64,000 nt of DNA from Catajapyx aquilonaris (lineage: Eukaryota), in the NCBI GenBank assembly GCA_000934665.2, contig KZ538437.1, positions 1-64,000 on the forward strand. Direction: 5' to 3'. This document shows, one piece after another, positions 1 through 12,300 of the stretch. The notes beneath the pieces were generated by a model. It did not search any database, was not told where the DNA came from, and worked only from the letters and a program-made list of their open reading frames with translations. Position 1 is the stretch's first letter. Every line of letters starts with the position of its first letter. The translations under genes were made by a program, and so were the position numbers.

Positions 1-328
1 GTGGAGTGGGGGTCAACTCCGCACTCACTAGATGGCACTGACAAACCACTTTCACGTTTCAAGGGACAGTTGCGTGTCTTAACATATACGGTCTTTGCTT
101 CAACCGCCTTCCACCATGTGGCGATGATAGAATCGAACGTACTACACGAGTTGCAAGTACGTGTGAATTAAATCGGTTGTTAATTAAAGGCCGGATTAAT
201 TTCCCCACAATTTTAATCATGTTTCGGGTGGGCCTGATCCTGTTCCAAGGTTAAAGAGGGACGAAGGCCCAGCTCCCTGGGCCCTAGGTAGGAGCAGTGC
301 AAGTTCTGGGCTCTCCTGTGGGGAGGAT

Positions 329-422
329 CCTCTGGTAGCTCAGTTGGTAGAGCGGTGGACTGTAGTTGGGCAAAATCACAGCGGAAATCCATAGGTCGCT
401 GGTTCGAATCCGGCCCGGAGGA
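329..422 (+). tRNA. tRNA-Tyr-GTA: tRNA-Tyr (anticodon GTA) with a 21-nt canonical intron (366-386)
   Basis: CCTCTGG-TAGCTCAGTTGGTAGAGCG-GTGGA-CT-GTA-G-[intron]-A-TCCAT-AGGTC-GCTGG-TTCGAAT-CCGGC-CCGGAGG-A folds into a 73-nt cloverleaf once the intron at position 37/38 is removed. A and B boxes are intact, and the Tyr identity elements C1-G72 and A73 are present. Confidence 0.97.
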
Positions 423-423
423 C

Positions 424-428
424 TTTTT
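424..428 (+). terminator. RNA polymerase III terminator (T5) of the tRNA-Tyr gene
   Basis: TTTTT starts 2 nt after the discriminator base; a longer T run follows at about 433-441. Confidence 0.85.
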
Positions 429-559
429 GCCATTTTTTTTCATTCTTGCTCCCAATTTATATTCGCATTTTTGAGCATTTTGACTGTCACTAATTTAGCC
501 CGGTTAATATTTTTTATTGTATATGACACGACAGCCTGGAAGATTATTACCCTTTGCGA

Positions 560-1720
560 TTATTACTTTGCATTTTTCATCCTGAACATGAAATTGTAAG
601 GTACCCTCTAGTAATATTATACACAATAATACACATTAATTATGCGCATCTGGTTTTTAAAAAAGATTGCAATTCACAATTATTGAATCATAATGTTTTC
701 TAATCAGATTCTACGTAATTTCTGCTATTCAGTAAGAACGTGCAATGGTGAGGGATAATTACACACAATTGTTACATACACAGTAATACACATTAATTCT
801 GATTATCTGGTTTTTTAAAAAGCTTTTTTGCAAATCACTATTGAATATTTTTTTTTCCAATTTTGATAATACGTAATTGTTGCATTTTTGGAGGTGCATG
901 TTTCATTCTGAACGTGCACTCTTATAAGGACTAATTACACGGTGTAATAATACAGTCTTGAATACATACATTAATTATTATGCGCATCTGGGTTTTTTTT
1001 GAGAATTTATTGAATCACAACTTTTTTTCATTTGATTCTAATCTTGCATTCTTTAGAGATGCAATTTTCAGTAAGAACGTGCAATGGTAAGGGCTAATTA
1101 TACACAATTATTATACGGACAGGGCACATTAATTATGCGCATCTGGTTTTTTAAAAAGCATTTTTTGCAACCAGAATTGAATCACATTTTTTTTTCCTTT
1201 TTTGATTCTAATTTTATATTTTTGGTAGTGCATTTTCCAGTCTGAACGTGCAATTTCAATTACACATAATAATAATAATTATGCACAGTATACGCATACG
1301 ACATTCGTAGGTGACACTTCATCATCTGGTTTTACACCATTTGTGCAATTTTAATTGAATCGCGATTTTTCCCATTTTTCATTTTCGGCGGTGCATTTTT
1401 CAGCCTGAGCATGCAATTTTAAGGGCTAATTATACACAGTAACAGACAATAATTATACGCAGTAATAGACATATATATTATTCTACAAAGTAATGCACAA
1501 TAGTCACACTAAGTAAAATACACCAACTAATTAAAATACTATACAATACACACATTAATGCTCAAATTTTATACGGAGTAATACACGACATGAATATTAT
1601 TGGAGGTGTTGCGCCTGTTTTTGCGGATTTTTTTTTGCAATTTGAATGAATCACATTTTTTTTGACAATTTTGCCATTAAATCTGCGTACAATTTTGAGA
1701 GATGCGCTTGTAAGTCTGGA
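560..1720. repeat. Degenerate AT-rich tandem repeat, ~165-bp period, about 6-7 copies
   Basis: The block GAACGTGCAAT...AGGGCTAATTATACAC...CACATTAATTATGCGCATCTGGTTTT...TTGAATCAC recurs near 582, 735, 908, 1073, 1242 and 1405, with a partial copy after 1550. Confidence 0.8.
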
Positions 1721-2822
1721 ATAATGAACTTTTCTTGGACCAGAAAAGATGATAAGAGGCTTTAGACAAATGTTTCCAGGCTTATAATTACTGAAGACCA
1801 TTCTGGATGAGTGGAAAAATCTTAATTATCTTCCCAAAATTAAGACCGGAAGGCTTACAATTTTCGGCTCGTAAAAATCGTTGTTTTATTGGCATATCCT
1901 TGCACACTTTTATTTTAACGGCCCAGTTGTTTTCACCATTGAACCGTGTGCCCCACTTGGATGACCTTGCGCAGTATTTAGCAAATAGAAAACTTGGCCA
2001 TTAAATCTCGGAGCATCATAAAAACTTCCGAATATGACTTATGTACGTGACTTACTCCGCAAAAAATTGGCAACTCCCCTCCAACGTTGCCCAATCGTAA
2101 AAAAATAAGCCCAAAGATGCCCTCTTGAAGGTCACTTATCCCCAACAACATGGTTGCCGTCTTGATCAACAATTTGACGCAGTGATTATGTTCACGGAAA
2201 TTTTTGGTGGTTCCTTCAGGCCATGTCTTTAACCCTTCCTCCCACTGAGAGCAATTGAAATATATTTTTTTTGTCTGTGTGTGGTAGGCTACTAAACATC
2301 AGCGGTGTTGCCAAGTTGCACTTGGTTGGCTGAAGCAATATTAATTTTTGCAAAGTTGTAAAAATTTCACTGCCGTCAACCGAATGTGAATAGAAAATAT
2401 TAGCGTACTTGGTTAAGATGCTGTCAACAATCAATATTCACGGTTTTTAAGTCGCGAATTAATTAAAATGCAAAATAAGAATTCAGTAATTAGTCGTCCA
2501 CTCACTGGAACAATAGGGCTAAATATAATTAGTAAAATTCTAAATGAAATTTGTTATCTGTTTCTCGTAAATGCAATTAGTATAATTTATGTAAAATTAT
2601 AAGAAAATCACATAGTAAGTATAATCAGCCCGTTTGATAATGATATGCGTTCACCTTTTTTTGTGTAAGATTACAAATTGCTTTCTGCTTGCATTTCAAA
2701 CCTTTTGCTAGAGTGGACAATTCGTTTCCTTTTAGAGCTGTGCAATCAGCATATCTTCCAGTATGAATGAGGGGTTTGTCGAGCCACGTGTGTGTTGTCA
2801 ACCCACACACACATGTGTAGGT

Positions 2823-2873
2823 CCAATCCGGCAACAGGGCGTCACAAAAGAGGCCTGGGGGATCCCTTATAAA
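2823..2873 (+). promoter_or_regulatory. Putative core promoter of the P3H gene (CCAAT 2823-2827, TATAAA 2868-2873)
   Basis: The motifs lie 80-130 bp upstream of the signal-peptide ATG (2954). This is motif-only evidence. Confidence 0.35.
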
Positions 2874-2953
2874 CCGTCTTGAAGCCCGTTATACCCCGGC
2901 CTGAGTTTGGAGTGTGAAGGTCCATTGAGGGCCCCAGACATGTACCGGTGAAC

Positions 2954-3361
2954 ATGTGGTTGTGTTTTCTCCTGGTGCTGACCTTCCTGACCCAGCCCAG
3001 GTCGGAAGAGGTGCCCACTTTCACATTGGAGTACACTAAAGGTGTTGAGGCGTACCTGGAGAACTCTTGGGGTGAATGTGTCTTGCATCTTAGACAGGCT
3101 TTGGAGTTGTATAAGGACCATAAAAGTACGGTGATACGATGCAGACAGAGGTGCTACTACGAGGCGGACCGGGGGCGGCCCCTGGGTCCAAGAGACGCGG
3201 GGGAAGATCTGGTGTTTTACGACAAGCTGATTCGGAACACACTGTGTCTTATGAGGTGCAAGATGAGGATGGGATACAGGTCTGAACTGGTGGAGAAGGA
3301 CGTTCTGAAGGAGTTTGAGGAGCTGAAGCCTTACGAGTACATTCATAGCTGCTACTATAAG
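2954..3361 (+). CDS. P3H1: P3H exon 1 (signal peptide, CXXXC motifs 1-2)
   Basis: ATG at 2954; MWLCFLLVL...CRQRC...CLMRC...KPYEYIHSCYYK; donor AAG|GTTGGT, phase 0. Confidence 0.93.
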
Positions 3362-6300
3362 GTTGGTCCTATATCTATGAACTACTAGCAGGGGACCCGT
3401 TCTTCGCACGGTGATTGAATAAAGAATTCTGTGCCACAATTGCCCCATAATATTATGAGGCACCATTTTTTTAAACCAAAAAAAACCTACATTTTGGGCA
3501 GTCTCAAAAAAGTGCGGTTTTCGGGCTTTCCCAAGTTTCAGCATTCGAGTAGTCCGGAAGTGGGTTAGGTAGCCCGGACATACATAAACACCAGCAAACT
3601 TTCTGATTTATATATTACGTATGATATGTACCCTATATATAAAAGGCAAAGTTTATCCTATGTATGGGTACAAAATGGGTATGAAATGAAGTTTGCTTGT
3701 TTGTTTGTCCAGGTTTGGTTTCCATGGCAATGTTACTATTTCCGCTGTCTATGCAATATAACCAACCTTCAAACCAAAGCGTGTATAACGAAATGAAAAA
3801 TAAAAAAGTGGACTCTGCCCATGTCGCCGTGTGTAACGACCCTCTAATGCTATGCAAATGACCACTCGCAATATTCAAGCCGCGCAAAAAATAAAAAAAA
3901 AAAGAAAAATCTCTGTGCACATTAACGCAATCTCCGCACATAGGGTCGAACTTCCCTCTTCACCTCGCCACATATAGAAAATGACCTTTGACCCAGCCCT
4001 CCCCGACCAACCCCACTTCGTAATCAGCGTTTTATCTTTCATCCGGACACGCGGTCTCTGATCTTTCAAACGAGCTTCAAAAAGGTGCCCGAATTTAATG
4101 CAAAAAAAATTACATAATTCCTATTACATGTTTATACTGAGGTATAATATGACAGCATAATTATGTATACAGAAAAATTCGCAACATTTTCACTATTTAT
4201 AAGCAAGTCGAACCCATGTAAAATACGTTTCTATAGTCTTGTAACTTTTATTATACCTTGTATTGTAACTTATAGACTATTATAGCTTAGGCCTATACAA
4301 TTATTGTATCTTGAATGTAATGGCTTATATTATAAATTTATAACTTATAAGTTACATAGCCTACTTTATAACTTATGACTAACATTATATTATAACTTAT
4401 AATATTACAGTACCATATACTATAACTTATAATATTACAGTACCATACGGTATATTATAACTAGACTATTTTACTTATAACTAGTATTACAGCTATACTA
4501 TTGCAGTTTATAACTAGTATTAGAACTATATTATTACTTATAACTATAGTAGGCTATTATAGTCTATAGTATGACTTAGGCCTACATTATAACTTACAGA
4601 GGGTATTTCAGTATCCTATATAGTTGTGCTCAAGGTTGGCTGACTTGTCATCGCATTGTTCCACTTAAATTAGCTCACAGATTTGTTTAAAAAAAAGAAT
4701 TAGGTTATCAGTTCAGTGCACTGAGCAATGCGGCGCGTTGTTGTCGTGACGGATTGATCTGGAGCTCGGCATTAATTAGGAGGCTTACTTACATTCACGG
4801 CGAATTGTAAGCTGCTTGTGCAAAATCTAAACATTGGCATATCCAAGACTTTATTCACGGCCGGATTAATCAAGCAACTGGTTTTGTGTTATCTTTTCGC
4901 GGAATAACCGTGTGCTCTAATGCTCTGCTCAGCCGTATTGTAGGATCGCGGGGGGGGGGGGGGGNGGGGGGGAGATAATCAAGCGCAACAATGGCTGGGA
5001 TGTTTCTCTTCGTTCCGGGTGTCAAAGGGAGGGATTTTGAGGCGGGCTGGGGGATGACAAATGTAGGATATTAATTCAGGCAAAGTGGTAATGCAAAGCT
5101 GGAGAAATTAAGCCGGCTGGGTATTGGCCTGTGTTTGTTTCATCTGCTTGATGGAATACTTTTTTGCAAATGTATGATATGATGACAGCTGGAGGATGTA
5201 AATGTGTAGCAAAGCATGTAGCAATTTCCAGTTCCTAGTATTTATTCTATTTAATACGTATAAAATTACCCAATATTATTAGTCCTACACACATTCACCA
5301 CTATCGTTTCATGGAGAATATGTGTCAGAACTTGATGTCTCAGTTTTTGTACAGAATAATTCAACTCCATAGCCTGTCATATCACCAAAATTAGGTATGA
5401 CCACACAAAAGTTGTAACCAAGTGAGATATACTGGAGTTACGAAGAAAAAATTTACATAAGTTAATTCCCTTCATTGTCCCTGTTTTCCCAGCGATATGG
5501 TCATGCCTTAAAAATACCTCCGCATCATTGCAAAAGTTTGCTTAGTTTGTATGCGCCATCGTATACGTGGTTATGACGCCTTGTAAAAGTGCGGACAGGA
5601 CAAAACACAACCCGTTTCATGTTATTTAAACATCTCCGCATGTGGTTAGCAGCCGCCGCAAGACTCCAAGGGCTAGTCGACCTCTTTTCGAGCCGACGTC
5701 TTATACACACACTACAGTCATATACGTACGTGTATGGTAGTAAAAAAAATTACTACCGGGTTAAAATAGCCCGCGTGGGATTTACTTCCTGGCTAGGGGG
5801 ATGTTTTGTTAGTTTTTTTTTGGTGCCAACTGATCCAGACACTGCTGGGGGAATCCGTCCGAAATTTGCTGACAAGGGGTACTGTACCTGACATCGAGTG
5901 TTGAAAACGGAGTTTTTAGTGGGAACAGGCGAAAATTTCGGTAAAAACAAGGCTGAGATGCCAAATGAGTAATTTTGATATTTATCCACCGAATATGTTG
6001 TAAATAGTATAGTAAATTGTAGTTGCATTGAGCTCGTTGTTTACCTGTCAATATTGAAAGCCTAAAATTGATTTTAAAGTTTAATAGAGTTCAACGCGTT
6101 CAATTTCATACGGTAAACAATAGGATTAAGTCTGGCTACATGACTGATCGCTATAGTATTATTCATGGAATATTTGAGGAAAAGTTTTAAAATATGCACA
6201 ATATTTCTTGTATGCCAATATATTCCTGCACTAGCATGTTCTTGGATGATCTTGGCCTGGTTTTCTTTGTATGCTAAACACATATCTAAGCATGTCCTAC

Positions 6301-9300
6301 TATGCATGTTCAATGACCGTCATATCAACTCAAATTCGGAAGGAAATCTGTGAAAATGTCGCATTGTGATGAATGACTGTATAAATGATCGTAATTGATC
6401 TCTAATTGCTACAACCGGCTGAAGTTGAACTCAGGAAAATTAATACTTTTAATTACTATTTTAATAATGGTGTGAAAATGGCTATGCCAACTATTCCTCT
6501 ATTATCACAACATGAACTCAGAAAAGCTTCATGATGTACGGTGCCTCTGGGCATTGAACCCGGACTCCCGGAGCCATACAAGTCAGACGCCAAACCACAT
6601 TACCCAGACAGCCTCGATAAAAACATAACTATAAATAGCATAACTAAATTGATGACTTGAAATGCAGAAAAAAAACGATCATATAGTCACTGGAATAATT
6701 TCGAGTGTGTGAATTGTGCATAATCCCTATGTAATGGAACAATTTTTTTGCAAATATTTTTGTGTGATCATGAAAAGTACCCTTAGAGGAATGTGCTAAT
6801 AGTATACACTTTCAATTTTGTCTCAGGTATGTTGTGCATTGCTGGCATTTCTTTCTTCCAGACTGATCATTTCCAACTAGCAGCAACTGCTGCATTTACG
6901 TTCCTGGAAGGTCATCCAGGTCACGAAACGATGTCCTCCACCCTAGAACACTACCTTACCATGCCAACGGTTAAGCCAGACGAAGTAGTCAACTTGGAAG
7001 CTCCCGTGAGTTTTAGACTTTTTTTTTACAAAAATAAAAAAGGCAAATGTAACGACCAAAAGAGCACAAAATCTCAAGCAAGATAAATTGTCCGTCGTTG
7101 TGTTTGACATCTCTTCGGCAGAACTTCTTGAAGTATTACGTACTGGGAGCGGAGGCTTACGAGGCCAAGAATTTTTCCTATGTGGTCCAATACATGGAGG
7201 AATCCCTGTCGACCTATTTGGAAGACGAAGAAGAATGTCGGCTGTACTGCGAAGGTCCCTTCGATCAAGGCTGGCATCCGGATTTTGTGCCTTCGGTGGC
7301 AAGTAAGTGCAAAAATTTATTGATGGGATATCCAGCCAGCCATGAGTCAACAACAAAACAACAACCATAAACCCTCCGCCTTCTTTTTTGCAGATCACTT
7401 CACATACACCCTCAAGTGTAAGAAGAAATGTGCAGAAAAACTAACCACAGTCAACGGAGGACGTCACGAGGACCTTTTTTGTAGTCATTACCACTACTTG
7501 CAATATGCTTATCACCAGAGTATGTATCATTTTGCATACATAGATTAAGGTAGCACTGAAGCTGAAATTATCCTCCAACTTGTGAGTGAGGCTATTTTGA
7601 GCTTCAGGTCTGCTACCTTACTCCTTGTGTCTGTACATATCAGTCTGAATATTTGAAGGTAACATATCATGTTTTTAGTTGGAGATTTACCTAAAGTTGC
7701 ATCGGCTGTTGAGTCATACCTACGGTTCCATCCTAACGACGAAGTAATGATGAAGAATAAGGACTATTACTATCAGCTTGAGGAAATCAAGCCGGAACAC
7801 TTCCAACCCAGAAAGGTTTGCATATACAAGGGTTAGAAAATGTACTAATCCAATTTTAGCAGGAGACATATTTTTCCCCCCCAATTTTTTGACCCCCTAT
7901 CCAATTTTCTCCGCCAAAATTTCTTCTGGCAGGAAGCTGTGGCCTACAAGAAGCGATTGGACTACGAAAGCAGCATTTTGAAGTTCATTAGCGAATCGTT
8001 TCAGTTCAACGAATCGGATGAGAATAAAATATCAGACGAAACTGACGACGATGATGATGGAAACGACATACAAAACGAGGTAGGATTCGTTCCGTCTCGT
8101 TCAACCTCCTGCACTTATCGAGACGAGATTGACTTGTACCTCAACAATGGTGCCAAAAAGTGTTCACCGTGACTGCAGGCATATGAGCAACCCGGTATTA
8201 TAAGGCGGAGATCACATCCTGAATATTTCATAACCATGGCTCGCGTGTCAGGAAACCTTTTCCGGATTGCTCATAGGCCTAGATGACATTGTTGTAATGT
8301 GAGTAGCGGTTTATTTCACACAAAAAAAGCCAGTACCTTTGTAACCCTTTTTTTTTTTTGGAAAGCTCGATGTGACAATAGCGCAAAAGGGGGCATTGGA
8401 AAAATGCCCCTTCTCCCAAAATTTCCGATGTAATGCACGCTACACCGCTCCAAAAGCCATGTAAGTGATTGGAGTGTCAATAACAGAGCCCCTTTTTTGT
8501 GTGTAACAACTGACGGTCCGTCAACCCTGTTTTTTCCTCTCTAAAAAAATCTGGTCTTTGTCGTTCATGCTTCCCGCGTCATTGGCTGAAATGTACACTA
8601 TATGTGCATGCTGGAAATAAATTGTGACTGAATTTAGGTCACAAGTAACACGCTAATCAGCCTTAATAAATCATCTTCTTGAAAATTCTTCCTGCGCACT
8701 TTTTTCAGAAGGAATAATTAGACAAGTCTAACACTATCTTCACTGGAAGTAGACACGATACAAAGTTCCTGTAGTCATCATTTTAGCACTAAGATAAGCG
8801 GGTTTGACAGGTCACAAGAATTTGCTCGTGACGTATCACAGTCCTTGTCAGTTGTAATTATTGGCAAAGTAGAGACACATCCATGCTGATAACTCTCTTT
8901 TTGGCATTATTGCAACGATTTTGCAATGATGGCGGTGTCTTTGCCAAGCGGCAACATTTGCCCACATATATAGACTTCAAAGTCAAAAAAGGGGGACACG
9001 CCCGGAGCACATACGGAAACCCAAACAATCAATAAAAATGTGATCGATACTTTCACGGAACGCTTCCTTAGGTGTAATCATGTCGTTACACCTTGGCATC
9101 GACGCGACCTGGGCAAAATTGCGAAATGCGAAATATTTTTAAAATCTGCACGTCAATAAAGGACAACTTAAAGCGTATTAAAGGGATGAATCTTGAATGT
9201 GGGTTCACACAGGTGTCGATGTCGTTGGTGGTTGGGGCAGGCCAATGACAATATTAGGAAATTATTGGACTTCTAGCAAGAAAGTAGAGGTAACTAATGG

Positions 9301-12300
9301 CGCAATTAACGCTAGTTGCGCCATTATTTACCTCTACTTTCTTACTCGTTATTTGTTATTATTTATTTGCGTTATCTTCCGTTTGCTCCATCTAATTGTT
9401 TATTTTATCATTTATTTATTTATTTGTCTACCTATGTAATTATTTATTTTTATTATTTATATATTTAATTATTTATTCATCGACAGTAATAATTATTTTA
9501 TTTGTAGGCTACCGATTAATAATTATAATAATTTATCATTGTTTGATTGGTTGTTTGTTTTAAATAATTTTATGCATAAGAGCCCAGGTAACTTCCTCAT
9601 TGTTGACTACTAAAATTTTTGAGAGTTACTCTATGAAAAAGTGACATTTTTATTTTATTTTTAAACATGCAATACATTATGGCGAATCCCAACCAAGATC
9701 CATTGAAAGACACAACGACGCTCGTGTGAACCCACCTTCAATCCGAAAAGCCGGACCTAATGGTTCGAGCTTTTTCCAAGCAACTCTAGTGTGACTTAGA
9801 TAGCTCAAGTGAAGAATTCTTGGAAATGCAGCTGCCGCTTCCTTGAGAGGAAGCGGCGAGAGATAGAGAGGGGAAAAAAACTCTTAGAAACACATCAAAA
9901 AAAAAAGTCCCAATTCCGTCTTGGCCCACCCTCCATTCCCCCTTTAGGAGTCCTGGAAAAAAGCAACAAGTGGCAGTTTACAGCCGCCCCCCTTGGCTCG
10001 GTTCTCCTGGGTTCATCATCAGGAGAAAGACAACAACCTGACAGCCACCGGCAACACAGGGCCCAAGGACTACTCTGATTCCAAGCCAGCCAACACCTCA
10101 GCTGGAAGGTGAGGTGACACTTGACTCTATTTATTTGTCACAGACAATTTTTTTTGGGACACCTGCTATGGCAGCCAATTGTGTTGAGCTGTAGTAAAAT
10201 GGGGAACCTCAAGTAATGATACCAGCAGTCAATTCTGGTGTGTTAAGCAGAGGCTTATCAATGAAAGGTCAATAACCGACCAAAGTGTAGCTGTCATATC
10301 GCTTCTGTGTGTATATTTTTTTACCCTTGGATGATGGCAAAAATATTTTTGTGGCAATGTTAATTATGGAACCGATGTAGTTTGTGACTCGTTTAAAATG
10401 CTGTATTAGTAAGTTACTGTGTTTTTTTCCACATGGCAAAGTGGATAAAATGATGAAGTAAACAAACCATTTATCAAAGTGGGTAAGCTACCCAGGATTA
10501 CTAGATTAGGGGCCTGTTAATAATTAGAGTTAATAAGCTTATATTATGCAAAAAAATGACATACTGATATACACTGAACTGTAATGTGCTATCAGCCTGC
10601 TATTTTCCCCATATACTTTGTTTTTATAACTGATGAGTGCTGAGGGTTGCATCGCGCCAGGATACGTTTGACTATTTTGGCGCACAGGACGGGGTAGTTG
10701 TAATTGACACGTAAATGAAAAGAAAATTAGCGAATCTGAGCTGAAAACTATACTATAGTTTTCAGCTCAGGTTGACTAATTTTTTTCATGACATGTAACG
10801 CAAAAAAAGTAGGGTTTACAAGGGCGCCACTGTCTTATACTCGTTGTGGTTCCACCAATCAGCCGTAGGCCTCGCTGATCGGTGCATCCGAACCACAACA
10901 ACCCAATGACAAAGACAAACGACGCCCGTGTGAACCCATATAAACTCTCTGCTGCACAGTCCATCCCAGCAGGTGAAATCCGTCGTCTCCGCCGCCCTGA
11001 AGCGACGTGCCGTCTCCCAAATCCTTCAGGCCAACAACCTGAACATCCGCGTGGTCCAAGATTCCTCCGACCTCGGAGGACCCAAGAGATTCGTAGCAGA
11101 TGGCCTGGCTGACAAGACAGAATGCAACAAGCTCCTAGACTTGGTGAAGGTCAGTTCAACAGCTCTTCTTCTTTTTTTAAAAAACACATTTGGAGCTCTC
11201 TAGACACCACTATCAGGATCAGTCTGGAAGTTTTATTTACGATGTGTGTCTGGTCGTTTTCCAGAGGGCGGCTGTTCAGGGGGATGGTTACAAGGGGCGT
11301 AAGTCACCCCACACGGACTACGAACGCTTTGAAGGGGTGAGCGTGGGAAGAGCAACGTTGGTAAGTTTCTATATACACAAACCTGTACCGTATATCTTAA
11401 GAGATGTTTAAAAATACACATCTGAAAATAGGAGGTTGAACTTAAATAAATCTAGAAAATATGAAATGCAATACCATACCCTTGAAAAGATGTATAATAA
11501 TGCAACAATATTCCTTTGAAATTAGATGCAGATGTGTAGCTCTGAAAATAAACGGTATAATAATAATAATAATAATAATTAATGCATATTTCTGAAAATA
11601 AGCGTCATATAATGCCATGTAAGGTACCCTTCCCTTTGGTTACTTTTCATCCTTGCATGATGCAACCCAAAATGCACGGTGATCATTTTGTAGTGTTGCC
11701 AGATCGTGCCAAATATTGTCGTTGATTCATAATGGGAGAGTATCACTAGAATGTGATGCCTTTTCAAATAATTCAATCATCTTTTCAATCCCTTTTTCTC
11801 GTCATTTTTTTTGGACTCCCCAAGTCCGAGCTGCACCTTTTTTTTTTTTTTTCGAAAAAACGAACCTGGTTCCTGGGAAATGTGATTTCGGACCAAATCC
11901 TCTTTCTCGGACCCCGCCCTGTGCAGAAAGCTCGCAATGGGCGGGACTGATGTTCATTCCGACGGAAATGGCCAAACTGGATTAGAGAAAGCTGAAAAGC
12001 GAACACTCAGATTCACCATGCGCTTGACTATAAACTTCATTTTCATCATGTTAAAAAATCCGTTTCTTTTGAAAGTTACGGCAGCGGGCTTAGTGTATGA
12101 GCATAAATTAAGACTTTGAGAAATAAGGACGTTTCCATTAGATAATCTTGTTGGCTAGTTTGCATAGTAAATAGAAAATGTCATTCGTAATTCAGCCTGG
12201 CTTGTGACGCAGATGTTTTCGTTGCTCATGTCTATTTACTGGTGGACACTGGTTAGCATTACCAAAATGGTCAATTACACTGGAAGATACAGTCTATGAC

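Noticed and set aside
213..599. ORFs overlapping the tRNA gene
   Set aside because: They are translations of the tRNA and its flanks.
2867..3544. 225-aa - strand ORF, the longest in the track
   Set aside because: It is the antisense shadow of P3H exon 1 plus a Helitron-like insert, and has no recognisable domain.
3690..3735. RFX/X-box-like GTTTCCATGGCAA motif, also at about 17221
   Set aside because: Both sit in the same GTTTGTTTGTCCAGGTT context, indicating a dispersed repeat fragment rather than independent regulatory sites.
6012..6031. 17/20 resemblance to miR-33 (ATTGTAGTTGCATTG)
   Set aside because: The seed positions differ, there is no complementary star arm, and the locus is not an SREBP intron.
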